64,000 bases of DNA from Entomortierella parvispora E1425 (GCA_020891255.1 BQFW01000015.1:992001-1056000), one strand, 5' to 3'. Shown: positions 11,844 to 24,482, counted from the stretch's first letter. Program-made: numbers and translations. Notes: generated by a model not told the origin, from the sequence alone.

Positions 11844-12379
11844 GTGTTGGCTAGAGTATGTCGCTGGAGAATGCGGGCGCGGTGTATGTAGTTACGTGTA
11901 ATAAGGGGAGGGGAAGGAGGGGAAAAGGAAGAGAAGGAGCGATGAGAGAATTGCGGAAGCAGACTGACTTGTTTGTTTGCTATGTCCCGTCACATTTTCG
12001 AGACAGAGCCTATCAGCCGTGGAGGTCGGGGTCTGGTCTGGGCCAGGAGTGCCCATATTAATATTCGTTTGAACCACTGTTTATTAGGACAAGAGGAAAA
12101 AAAAGTCGAAGAGAGCACGGGTATAGAGACTCGAGTAGATGGAGTGAATGTGATGGGAGGGCAATGCAACAGAGAAAGCTGACAAAAGAAAAAAATAAAA
12201 TAAAATAAAAGTAGCAGGGGTGGGTGGGAATAGGGCAGAGAGCATCATAGGTAATACATGGTAGATAGTAGATACAAGGGCTACAAAGGCGCCAGTGAAT
12301 AAGATCAAGACGCACAGAGGGAATCAAAAACACAGAAGAGGAGACAAATGATAGCAGGAACGAAAGCAACAACCCGTCA

Positions 12380-15300
12380 TCACGTCGAAGGAGGAGCCAT
12401 GTTGAATGGAGGTTGTTGTTGCTGCTGTTGCTGTTGCTGCTGGTCCAGCGTGTTGTCAGGTGCGACCATCAAGTCTGCAAAGCTCGAGCCGGTAGTAATC
12501 GAAAGATTTGCATCGCCCAGTGGGGCAGGCGTACTCATTCCAGTCATCATGGTTTCGGACGGCGAGGATCTCTGACTTTGGTGTCCAAGTGCGGCCAACA
12601 GCTCCGAGGCATCTTGCGATGTTCCTGCTCCCATTCCTGGGGAAGATTGTGCCAACATAAACATGTTGTCTACTCCTCCAATGGTAGAGCCACCTTGGTC
12701 ATGCATTGAGCTCATAGTCAAGGGAGTAGCCTGTTGCGCTCCAGCTGGAGGTGGGGACGCCAGACGCTGGTGTGCCCCTGCCATTGCATCAGCAGGCATA
12801 TTTATGGGCGTCATGGCCATGGTCATGTTTAACGATCCCGCGCCATTGTGAAAGTTCATTGACGACTGACGACTGTGGCCTCCGTTAACGATGTTGGGAC
12901 CGGGGGTGGCCCCCATACTCTCCAGAGTTGGTGGTGCAACAGTCGATGGGTAGCCAGGTGAACCCACAGGAGTACCCTGCATAGAGCCGTTCATAGCAAC
13001 GACGGCAGAATGCTGTTGTTGGAAGAAACCACCATCCATGGTCATGCTGTTCGAAGCATCAATTTGCTGTTGTTGCTGCTGTTGCTGCTGTTCGTCCAGA
13101 CTTGCCATTGAAACACTGCTCATAACCATCGATAAAGATGGAACGGATGACGACGATGAGTGGTTCGAGAGAGATGGCTTGATAACGATATTCAAGCCAT
13201 TAATGCTGTCTAGCCCAGTCGCGACGGATCCATTAAACACACCACCGTTTCCGGTGCTTCCAGGACTAGGAGAGTTGGCATTTGATGACAGTGCGCTCCC
13301 TGTCAACAGCGTCGAGCCCATGGCCGAGTCAGATGGGGCACTGCTAGCCATATTAAAACCGGCAGTCTGACTAAGCTGTCTCTGATGGCCACTATGTTTT
13401 GAAACTTTTCCCGGGTTGGAGGTAAAGTCGGGATGATATGGATGGCTGTGATGCGAATGCTGTTGCTGCTGAGAAGGCGCTGTTGATGAACTGTCAGTAG
13501 CCGTTGGATCGGTCGATGATGATGGTAGGACACTGGAGTTGGATCCTGGTCCTCGCATTGCTCGATGGTGCCCATTCCGTTTCGAATCGTGCGCAAGCTC
13601 GTGCTTCTTAAGAGAGCGGGCGTGGTAGTAAGCCTTCGGGCATCCCTCAACTGAGCAAACGTATGGGCGGATGTTGGAGTGGGTCTTGGTGTGGGTCGTC
13701 AACGAGTCTGGACGAGAAAACTTCTTGTCGCATCCTACAATACAAAACCAAAGCGAGTGAATAAAAAGCAGAGGAACATATACAATATCAATCTCAAAGA
13801 AAACAACTAGTTACCTGGAACAAGGCACTTGAAGGGGCGCTCTCCAGTATGCGTTCGCAAGTGGTTATACATCTTGTGCCTCTTTGTGAACGGCTTCTGG
13901 ACACGGTGGCACCCTTGCCAGTCGCAACTATAGCACGCCTTGCCGCTTCCAATATGTTTCTCAGTCACATGCTCGTTCAGGAGGTCCATCGTCTCAAAAG
14001 GGGTATTACAGCCGCGCCAGAGGCACATGAGTTGACGCGGCTCGGATGTCTCTTCTGAAATTGCGCTCGAAGAGACCTTCCGCTGTTTCCTAGGCGTACT
14101 CTCATCGCCATCGTCCTCGTCATCCTCATCCTCATTGTCTTCATCATCGTCATCGCCGTCCTCGTCGTCCTCGCCATCTTCTGTTGTCTGAGGAATAGAT
14201 GGCGTTGAAGAAGTTGACGTGACGGTGACACTTTGCACTGCCTGCAATAAAGTATTGATCTGAGTAGCTGGTGGATCTTCCTTTTCTGCTTCTTGAGAAT
14301 CAGCGATGGATTGCGGTGCAGGCGAGGGTGAATGCCCATTTGGCAAAGGCGAGAATGTGAGCATCTGAGGTTGCTGATGGTGCTGTGGCGGAGAGGCAAC
14401 TGGATGGAGGTTGACTATGATCATGAAATGGAATAAGAGCAAAGGTGAGCGATTCGTTTTCAGGCTGAGATGGTGATACAAGTCTATAAACATACCATGC
14501 GCGTCTTGCGTAATATCTTCAGCCTTGACATTGCTTAATCTTCTCCCAGGCAAGGCGCCTTCCATTTGTCGTTCATACTCCATAACTTTGTCGATCAACT
14601 CTTGTTTTGAAAGTTCAGCAAGCTCAGATCGCGTCGAAGGGGGTTCCAAAACGTCCATTGCTTCAAGCTTTACAGCTGTTTGCTGATCATTCAAGTTTTG
14701 GAGCTGAAAGTTGGATGAGACTTCCATGATTGTGTCCATCAATGAGTTGCAAACGGGTCCCATGGTTGGCGAAGGTCCTGAAAGTGGTCCCGGTGAGTAA
14801 ATCTGCCCTGACTCATTAGGAGATAGGAGAGCAGACACGGGGGGCATAGCCCGTGCCTGGATGTCTGCAACGTTGATCTTCAATCCAGCAGCGGCAGCCG
14901 CCCTTGGGGATCGACTCTGATGCGGCTCAACCTCAACCCGTCGCAGGTTCTCGAACATGGCTTGCTCTTTTGCCGCCATTTTCTGCTGTTGTTGCTGTAA
15001 AAACTCTTGTTTCTGGAAAGCAATGCGAAGATCAGGCGAGTGATGCCCTGAGGATGGATGACGGCGGTGGCGTTTAGTAGGGTCAGCGAGCGATGCCACA
15101 ACTCCTTCAGGAGGAGTGAATGCGGGAGTTGAAGTTGTGCTCAGTGGCAGGGGTTGCATGGACGGGACCATGGGTGTGAACACGCTCATAGACTCTGCAG
15201 AAGACAAAGGTGTCGAATAGCCCATATCCACCGGTGTATTAGAGCCTCCAGAGTGCATCAATGGTTGGTTGAAATTGGCCTCAGCATGGGTTTGCATGAC

Positions 15301-16255
15301 CAAAGAAGCCTGTGGTTGTTGTTGCTGAGAAGGCGATAGAGTCGTCAAGTTATGCGTTCCCGCAATAGTGGGCGCTTGCATTCCCCCCATAATATGTCCA
15401 GGGGTCGAACTCTGTCCCACGGGAAGCATCAAGGTTGTCATGCTATTTTCAGCAGGGCTAAGGACCGCCTGCTGAGAGGAGGCAATAGCAGCGGCAGCCA
15501 TCATGTTGCGGACATGTTGTTGTTGTTGCTGCAGTTGAATTTGCTCTTGAAGATGTTGCTGTTGCTGCTGCTGTATCTGCGCATTCAAAAGTTGCATATC
15601 CATAGATGGGGGCACCTGTCCGTCAAAAGAGAGTTGATGCTGGTGCATTCCACGTGCCTGCATGGTTGGCTGCTGCGAAGGAATGACAGGGGTTTCTGCG
15701 CGCGACTGAGCTTGGATCTGATCCTGGGTCGACAGTGGGCTATGACTCGCCGAGCTATGTCTACTGTGCTGCTGATGAGGCTGCTGCTGTTGTTGCTGTT
15801 GCATTTGGTGCTGCAGTTGTTGTTGATGCTGCTGCTGCTGCTGAATCTGCAGAATTTGCTGCTGATGTTGATGCTGCTGTTCCATCTGCATCTGCTGAAT
15901 CTGCTGCTGCTGCTGCTGCTGATGCTGCATGTGCTGTTGCATTTGTTGTTCTTGCTGCTGCTGCTGTTCTGATGCCAAAAAATGCGGTTGCCCATCATGC
16001 ATAGCGATACTCTGCTGAAATGACATTGGTGGCATTGACTGAGGATCTAGCGGCAAAAGAGGGGGGCTGACAAGCAATGTCTGCTGATGTCCAGTAGCAG
16101 GACTCGTTGGTAAAGATGTTAGGACGGGATGCTGTTGCTGGGAAGATATTTGAGGTTGCTCAACATGCCCTCCTTGACCTTGAAGTTCTTGAGGAGATAT
16201 CCCATCCGTAGGCAGCATAGCTCTCTGTTGCAACTGCTGCTGCTGCTGTTGTTGA

Positions 16256-16287
<32 letters not shown>

Positions 16288-16791
16288 ATGTTGCTGCTCA
16301 AGTTGGATTTGCTGATGATGCTGCATCTGTTGTTGATGTTGAAGATGCTGCTGTTGAAGATGAATATCTTGATGTTGCTGTTGGATAGCATGCTGGTATG
16401 CGGCGGCCTGCTGCTGGTGTTCTTGCTGCAGTTGCTGGTTTGTTGGAATAGCCACAAACTGATGACCAAGGCCTGCCGCTGTGTTGGAGAGAACAATACC
16501 CTCCATAGCATACGTCGATGGTGTGAGCTGTCCCGAATGAGGTTGATGCTGAAGATCGACTGTGTGCATAGAGGGCATGGTGACTCCGGAGGTTGATTCA
16601 GCCGAGGGAGCAGATCCATCCAAAGGAGCAGCCATGCTATGGAGTTCAGGTTGACCAGGCGGAGGTGAGGAGGTCATGATATGGTTGTGAGCTTGGTGGA
16701 TTTGCTGTTGTTGCTGGTGGTGATACTGGGGGGCTTGGTCTTTTACAGCCGAGTTGTCGGCCGCAGTGGGCTGCAGTATCGAGTCGCTCAT
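12380..16791 (-). CDS. GLI/Zic-like C2H2 zinc-finger transcription factor (4 fingers, tandem CWCH2 pair) with extensive polyQ/His tracts
   Basis: CLWRGC...HVTEKH, CDWQGC...HLRTH, TGERPF linker, CLVPG|CDKKFSRPDSLTTHTKTH, CSVEGCPKAYYHARSLKKHELAH; intron 13735-13814; probable in-frame intron near 14400-14495; start taken at MSDSIL. Confidence 0.88.
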
Positions 16792-18391
16792 CAAAGGCGG
16801 CAGAAAGAGGCGTTGGGCGGATGGGGGCCTGACCGAAGGTGCAGTGCAGAGTAGCGAACAGGAGAGAAAAAGAGGCGTAAGTTTGCGATCACCAAGAGCA
16901 CACCAGCCAGGCACCCAGGGAGATAGAGTTGATGAGCAGAGTGGCTGATTGGTGCGGACGTGCAAGCACAGTGTCGAGACAAAGTGTCACATCATCTGGA
17001 TAAAAACAGACAAGAAACAGCTGCTGGGCATCCACCGTCGGCATCCCTGCGCCTGCGGGTCTTTCCATGTTCGTCCTCACTTGTGTCTGTGGTTGACGTC
17101 GTGGTTGTGGTTGTGTTGTGTTGTGTTGACTCGGGTGTTTGTTTCTTTGGGACCAGCCACTCTTTCTTTGCTCTCCACAACGTGGCAATAGAAAGAGGGT
17201 TCAACACTCTCCGCCACAACCACTTCTACATCATATCATTCATAGCAACACTCACCTTGTTGCGAAAGCTGTTCTCTGGCCGCTGTTGAGGTCGAGTGTC
17301 TGTGGGGAAGAGTATATGTGTGTACAACACTTGGCTTTCTGAATCCTGGTTAATTAGCAGCTGGACAGGATCAAGGGCTGTTCGTCTGTTTAACAAAATA
17401 CAAAGAAGAGACATTCGGAGGATTAGTTTCCAGTTCCTTTATCCTTGTGGGACAGGGCAAACCCCAAGGTGAAGGCCACAGAGAGTATAAGAGCACAGAC
17501 AACACCGTATCGATCGTCACAGCTTTTGTCAGAATGGTAATGAACAACATGGAAAAAACAAGGTGTAGCCGGACAGGGTGCTGGTGGTATCTCCAAGATT
17601 TTCAAGAGCAGCGTGGGATCTCTGGGAGATCTTGGCTTGCGAGTGTATCCATAGCCCTTTCATCCAGATCGTACTGAAAAAAAGGCGGAGGAAGGGGTGC
17701 CGAGGCATTTTTTCTTTTTTTTTTTCTTCTTCGTATAAACGAGTTGAAAAAAAAAACGCTGCGCAACGGTCCCAAACAAGAGAGTCACCAGCAAGCCATG
17801 CGCCCAGAAAAAAGGTGTGTTTGTTGATGGTAGCTGGGTTGTTGCCTGCAAGTGGCAGGGACATGTGCCTGGCCAAAGCTCCCAAGGGCACTAGACTGAC
17901 ATTATTTCATTCGTTCGCATTGCGAAATGTTCATTTACCAATTAGAAAAATAGAAAAAAAAAAAGTGCGGGAGAGTAGCGACACCGGTGATGACAGTATG
18001 TGAATGACGGTAATGGCAGGGGGTGAGGGGCAAGGAGAGGGAGGGGGATTGTGGCGGAAAAAGTTTGACGATGAGGAGATGACCAAGGGAGGATGGAGAT
18101 GAAGCAAAAGAGATGGCGAAGTGCACCTGGTTGGCTGTTTGGCTGCCTGGGATATCCAGACGAAAAAAAAAAATCACAACAAACAACGAACGGCCTCGAT
18201 TGAATTGAATCCTGTCGATTGAATACCCTCCCTAATTGCACGATTGTTCTTCAAGGGCCGAACCAGGGTCCGTCTTGTCTCTCTTGCCTATCTGACCTGA
18301 GCCCTTAGATTCTTTAAACAATCTCAATCTCCTTCCTACTATTTATTTCATCTCTCTTTCTCAATTCTGGGGCGGTGCAGTGAGTACCCTG

Positions 18392-19535
18392 TCAGTCGAT
18401 AAGTCTCTTCTTGCGGAAGAAGCGCTTCAGATAAAATATCTGCCACACTCCGAGTGTCACCAAGACCACCATCGTCAGGGTAGAGAACCATTGCACGCGA
18501 GCATTGGTCGATTCTGCAGGTAGGTATCATAAATAAACAAAATAGTCGTGGTTTGGTTAAAAAGATGATATAACCACACAAGGAGAAAAAAAAAAGTAAA
18601 AGAGAAAAAAGAAAGAGGGGTAGAAATAGAAAAGGTATCGACTTACCGTTCGTGTTACGCATTCTCTCCTCACGCTGCTGAAGATGCTCCATGTTTTCGA
18701 TAATGTCCTGCACCATGTCCTCCATTTTACGAAGCTCCATCTCCATTGGCTTCAACTTCTCTGCCTTGGCCAAAGCATCATAGTCCTTCGTCTCAGATCC
18801 GATATCAAAATCCACATCAACGTTGCGGAAGTAGCGAGGATCAGGGTTGACGTCTATCGTGGCGTGATTACCGATTGTGAGGAACAAGAGCGCAAGTGAG
18901 AAAAAAAAAGGGGGGGTGGGGAGTTAGCTTCGATACTTTTTTTTTTGTTTTTTTTTGCATGACCGTTGCCTTTCTATGAATGAAAATCAACCAAACCATA
19001 CCATCAGAAAGGACATTGGTAAAGCAAGCAATAATATCTCCGGCCTGCTTGGTCTGGAAAGAAGCCCTGGACAGCTCTCCTGAAAGGTTATCCTTGCCCC
19101 ACATCTGGTTCAGGTGCTCGCTATCGTCAGTGATCTAGGTTAATTGCACGAGTACAACAAAAATGTTAGCAAAGGTAGTGGTTAATGCTTCATGATGATG
19201 GTTCACGTTGTGATCCTGAACGCATCCGCAAATCTCACAATAAGAGAGTGAGTGGAAGTGGGAGAGAGAGAAAAAAAGGGAGAGAGAAGGAGGAGAGGAT
19301 GTAGGTCATTTACCTCAACAGAGACTTTCTGATGAACACCGTTTCCGACCATGATCTTTACAACCACGTCGGTTTCATCATCTACGTAGTGGGAGACGCA
19401 GTGGGGGACCGAATCCGAATAGTGCTGGCCCTGGAGTTCAAACTTGATGGCCTCAGCTCGAGGCACCATTGACAACTTTGCCAGCAATGTCAGCGCGACG
19501 GCCATCGCGACCGTTGCCACATTCAGACGTGTCAT
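18392..19535 (-). CDS. ERV25: p24-delta (Erv25/TMED10) ER-Golgi cargo receptor; multi-exon
   Basis: Signal peptide then IKFEL; GOLD-type exons; coiled coil AEKLKPMEMELRKMEDMVQDI...EERMRNTN; C-terminus YLKRFFRKKRLID. Confidence 0.88.
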
Positions 19536-19745
19536 TCTCTTTTTCTCGGATTCTGTTTCCTGTTTAGCTGAGAGTGTGCTGTTTCCTTGTAGATGCGGCC
19601 TAGTCCAATTTGTCAGGGATGGTGGTCGCGTAGAAAGTGGTTAAAGATGATGAGAAGAGCCAGATGCCATCATCCAGACCCCTGGGAGATGAATGAATGA
19701 AACTCTTCTGGGACATTAAAAAAGCAGTCCCAATTTTATTTTGCT

Positions 19746-20417
19746 TCACGGCCACGAGGGCAGGATACCGGCTGTCTCATGGTCATCCAGCCGGATCTCG
19801 TGTACCATCACGGTCGTATCTGATGCTAACTGGGAATGGTCCGATCGTTGCTCAGAGTGCCCATCATGGCTGACATTATTTCCGCTCGTAAACAGATGAT
19901 CGATCCCAAGACTACGGCGTTGATGTGGCTTCAAAAACAGATCACCGTTCCACTGAAAATCTCGGCTGGACTTTGGAATGATATGTACTTCAGAAGAGAT
20001 GGGCACTGCAGCATACACAGACCCATCCATGTGGATCAAGCCTGGTGACTGGCGTGCCGACTGGGTTGTGAAGATTGAGCTGGACGACCAAGGCCCAGAT
20101 CGACTGTATGATGCCGAGGACGATGCACTCGACTGTTCTTGATCAGACTTGGATAAAGAGCCTGAGGTGGAACTGGGAGGTGGGTGGTCGGTTTGACGGA
20201 TTATATGGCAGCCAGCATCAAGTCCACTCCAGGAAAAGCTCGACTGATCCAGTTCTGTTGCCGTGATCGTTGAGGAGGACAAGTCGACTACTACTGGTGC
20301 AGCCGCAAAGTCCTCTGTGCAAGCTTGTGTAGATTTTTTCACATCTGCACATTCACCTTCATCGACGACCGACTGCAGCCCGGTTTCCTCTGTATCTGAG
20401 TCGTGCTCTGTCTTCAT
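19746..20417 (-). CDS. Hypothetical Ser-rich protein (223 aa, single exon)
   Basis: Open frame from ATG MKTEHDSD to TGA, sitting between two identified genes. The C-terminal block RDFQWNGDLFLKPHQRRSLGIDHLF looks non-random. Confidence 0.55.
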   Translation of the reverse strand: MKTEHDSDTEETGLQSVVDEGECADVKKSTQACTEDFAAAPVVVDLSSSTITATELDQSSFSWSGLDAGCHIIRQTDHPPPSSTSGSLSKSDQEQSSASSSASYSRSGPWSSSSIFTTQSARQSPGLIHMDGSVYAAVPISSEVHIIPKSSRDFQWNGDLFLKPHQRRSLGIDHLFTSGNNVSHDGHSEQRSDHSQLASDTTVMVHEIRLDDHETAGILPSWP

Positions 20418-20652
20418 AAGTGAAATGGGGGTGGGTCGGATATCAAAAAAAGAAAGGAATAGGGAGCAGAGAGCCAAACAAGGAAAGTGGGGACGAGATA
20501 TCAAGAGATACAGAGAGTTCAGTATCAAGGGTGTAGTGAGTGGTGTGTGAATGGGGAATGAGAAAGGAATGAGGTCAACTTCCTTGCTTCAGGCGAAGCG
20601 CCTTTTTTCTCTTTGGTGGCAAAAAAAAAAAAAAAAAAAAAAAAAAAACCGG

Positions 20653-22386
20653 TCACTCCTCGTCCCCCGACGTTCGTCCATAGACGCACTGCAGAAGCAC
20701 AGCGGTAGCTTCTTCAGTACCCTTGAGTTGAAGCAGACGCGTAAATTGTGAAGGTATTTCGTCAAGAGTTAGCTTCGTGTCCGCCAGTTTCCCTATTTCA
20801 CGGATAGAAATGATGATGTGAGCGAAGAACAACCACCAAGAGCAAAATGAATCATCATAAATTATCACTAACATTTTTGGTGCATGCGAGGAAGGAGTTG
20901 GATTCGAGGCGCCACTCGACCTTCCTTCGTTACATGGATGACCCACTGCAGAATTAGCTCAGGACTTGACATCCTAAAAAAAGGTTGGGTAACAAATGAC
21001 AAAATTAGTTAATGCTCGACATGGACAATTATCAGTCAGAAATCGTCATTGACATACCTTGGTCCACAAAATACAAGAGTTTGGACTCCGGGACCACCAG
21101 GTAAGGTCTCCAAGGAAGGAAGGCGACTCCTGATGGACTTTGCTCCTCTTCCAGCTCCTGTGGACTTTGGTGAGTGATTTGATTTGACAAGTTCAGGGAA
21201 TCGCTTCGCCAGGTTATTAATAAGGTTGGATCTATCTCGGTCCATCTGGGCATATTGTGAGAGAGTCTGAAAGAAGAGTAGAAGCTGCGAGTTCCTCTCG
21301 GTTCTAAATGCAGGCAGAGCCCATAAGCTTGTTAGAGCAGGTCTACGGCAGTTTTATAATAAACAATTTTGCAACAATATGTCCAAACGAACCTTGAAAC
21401 AAGATGAGAAAGCTCCGCACGAGACCCCCTAGGAACAGTGACGCGGACCTTGGCAAGTTCAAGACTTGGCTCCTCAACATTGAAATGTACATCAAACTCA
21501 AGATGGAAGCATGACCCAGTCATCTGATACTCTCGTACACGCACACCTGTTTCTGAAGTTGACACTATCCGGTTGTGAATGGAGGTGAATGTTACGTTTG
21601 TGAAATCCTGAAGTCGACGGATCTATTAAAAAAAACCAGTAAATGTCTGTAATTGGCCAATATTCCGTATTTACTGGACAGACCTCTGCCGTGAACATGG
21701 ACTTACAGCTTCTATGTTCACAGTGGAAAGGGTCGGTGCTGACATGGATCCAAGTAGAGTTTTCGAGAAGGGCACTTCAGTAGTTGATGTTTTGTCCTTC
21801 TTAGTTTCCGATAAAGTCATGCTGTTTATGCTTCCAAGTACGGTTCTATCGAATGAATAGAACATGTTAGCACCTTTTCAAGTCCCTTGTTTCGTATGGC
21901 ACAGGCAATTAATTCTAACCTCATTTCCACGGCCTCCGTCTCCTGAATTCTCTGATGTCTTTCTATGGCAGCTGCGACAGCTCTAGCTCGCTTCCTCTTG
22001 GCTGCTTGAAGTCTACTCTCCAGTCGGTCAACCTCGGAGGTCATGTTGCGAAGTTGTTCCAAGATAACACTCTTCTGGATATGGAGATCGTCTGCATCGT
22101 CCATGCGTGAGCCAGTGGACATGGGGTCATCGCCATGAGAATGAGAGTTGTTGGTAGAAGACACCATGCTGGCGAAGGTCGAGTTGGGATGAGAGCGCAC
22201 GCCTGGACTCTCGGATGCAGCGAGCGCATCAGCAACTCCCGCCCGTGAGACTGAGGTGCTTGGCAGGTCCCACGACGAACCAAAGGGTGAGAATGATCCA
22301 ATGTTCACTGTTGGGGTAATGTCCCTGCCATAGATGGGTGCCAGCGACGTATTCCGTGTTGGGGTCCTTGCTCGGTCGTTTTCCAT
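20653..22386 (-). CDS. CENPP: CENP-P/Ctf19-like inner kinetochore protein; about 6 exons
   Basis: N-terminal coiled coil (LEQLRNMTSEVDRLESRLQAAK); LLLFFQTLSQYAQMDRDRSNLINNLAKRFPELV; ELILQWVIHVTKEGRVAPRIQLLPR; LDEIPSQFTRLLQLKGTEEATAVLL. These resemble recalled human CENP-P segments (FMFFRSL...LKEKYP; ELVIVWRIQIDEDGKVFPKLDLL; FRTLVGLLGIEAALESLI). Confidence 0.7.
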
Positions 22387-22790
22387 GCGGGATGTTCCTG
22401 TCGATTGGCGGGCTGCGATGATGTGAAAGATGAACGCGTCGAGCAGGACCAACCCATCACTCCCATCGCGTTTGTTTGCTTCTCGGTTGCCAGTCACTCC
22501 TTTTTTTTTTGGTTCCCAATCCCGCGTCGATCGGAATCAAATAAATTGGACCTCAATACAGTACTCTCTCCTCCCTTATCCCTCCTGGATCCAGCTCTTC
22601 CACTCTGCCAGTTAAGCCCCGCGCCTCTACAGCCCATGTCCAGGTGCCAAACTTGAATGACCCCAACCATGTGTCTCCGTCTCTCACTTTTGCTTTCTCT
22701 TTCTCTTCACTGCTACATGGCCCCTTCTCCTCCTTCGTCGCTCTTTAAATGTCCTCCCTTCCACCTGCTCCTTTCTCTCTGAAAGCTGGT

Positions 22791-24041
22791 ATGTCCGGTT
22801 TGAGCCCCAGAATTGTCTTGAGTGTCGTGGCATCTCTCCTGTTTCTACTGGCCGCAAGCTCTGTCAACGCAGCATCGCCCTCGCCTTCGCCTTTGACTAG
22901 AGAGCAAGTCTACGCGCAAGCAGGGATGGCCCAGAACTGGGTAGCCCCAATGCCATCCACTTCTCTCCAAGCGGCCGGAAGTGGGATGTCTGGAGAAGGG
23001 GAAAAATTCTTGGTTCAAAACTGGGCTACAACTTTTCACCAGATCCAGATTGGAGGAAATGATATCTCATTCACTGGTGATCCATTTGCAAATGCGCCTA
23101 CAGCCACAGTCGCGTCGTCTCCGGGAGCATCGAGTGCAGGGAGTGTTGGTGTCGGCAATTCAACGACTTCTCCAACACAACCACAGCAGCAACAAGTTTT
23201 AAAGTTGGACTACCCAAGGGGGTCCTATGCTCCTTCCATAGGGCCTATCCCCGGGGGTACTCATTTTTATGCAAAACCTTTTGGAGACAAGACCCCATTT
23301 GAATCCATGATGGTCAGCTACGATGTCGCGTTTCCCAATGGCTTCAATTGGGTCCTGGGGGGCAAGCTTCCTGGTGTTTATGGCGGTACGCCGTACGATG
23401 GTTGCTCTGGAGGAGTCCAGTCCACTGGGGCCAATTGCTTGACGATGAGGCTGATGTGGCGACCTAGCGGGTCGGGAGAAGGTAAGAGCACTCTATAAGA
23501 CTAGACTGCATGGAGAAAGACAAGTTTTCCTTAATCAAAAATATCATCTCTTATTCTAGTGTATGCGTACGTCCCTGCAGATCCAAAGTCCAACTTTTGC
23601 AAGAACTCGGCTGTAATTTGCAATGATCAGTATGGTAAATCGATCGGTAGAGGTCAGATCTATTTCCAAGCTGGAAATTGGACAAGAATGGACATGATCA
23701 TGTCTCTAAATAAGCCAGCCGGAAACAGCAACGGTACTCTGCAGGTGTATCGAAACGGTGCTTTGGTAATTCACCTGGACGATATCCCTTACAGAACCTC
23801 AGGGATGGTTGGCTTCCAGGGTCTTATGTTTTCTTCCTTCTTTGGAGGTTCGGACTCGACCTATGCCTCCCCAGTTGACACCTCCGTCTATTTTCGGAAT
23901 GTCCAATTGAGCGTTGGTCAGCCGGCTGCACTATACCAGGGCACTGGGGGAAGCATCGCCGCTGGTGATTTCAGCAGGCTGAAGGGTGGGACTATCGTTG
24001 CTATCGTAGTTTCTTTAGTATCATATCTCGTGTGGGTATAA
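22791..24041 (+). CDS. Secreted, probably GPI-anchored polysaccharide lyase family 14 (2 exons)
   Basis: Signal peptide; LKLDYPRGS; GGKLPGVYGG; CSGG; RLMWR...GE|VYAYVP; SIGRG; FQGLMFSSFFGGSD; terminal hydrophobic tail TIVAIVVSLVSYLVWV. An alternative upstream ATG lies at 22749. Confidence 0.85.
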
Positions 24042-24482
24042 GATTAAACGGAATCATTCATCCAGAACTTTTTCTGACCTCTTCAAAACGTGCCACTGGC
24101 GGCTTGGTGCTTGGCCTCGGTGGAGACCATCCGTAGCAGGGGAAGTAGAGTATATCAGTGGCTTCTGGCTCTTAGCTTATCGTCTAGTGTTGCTACTGTA
24201 CATGTATAGACCCATGCGCACATCACGTGATGTATTCCGAACCATTCAGGTCCGCGGCACAAAAAGAGAGACCAGTCTCAGTCAACGATGGCCACGAGGG
24301 TTCTCTGGCCGTTGTTCTCGAGACTGCCTGGCCGTGTACCCTATCGGTCCAGACAATCAACACAAAATTGGACCCCCGGTAAAGGTTTTTTCTGTCTTTT
24401 GTCTTTTCCTAAAAATTCATCGTCTTGCTCCTTCCTTTATTTCCTCCTCTTTCCGTCGCCGCCACTTCCATACAACGCAGCG

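Noticed and set aside
20622-20648. Long poly-A runs (also near 5878, 6058, 9242, 28613) as retroposon tails
   Set aside because: A/T homopolymers occur throughout introns and UTRs in this window, with no TSDs or associated element bodies.
24050-24482. Zap1-type zinc-responsive element upstream of the ZIP gene
   Set aside because: No ACCTTNAAGGT-like site found; only a partial AAAGGT at about 24381.
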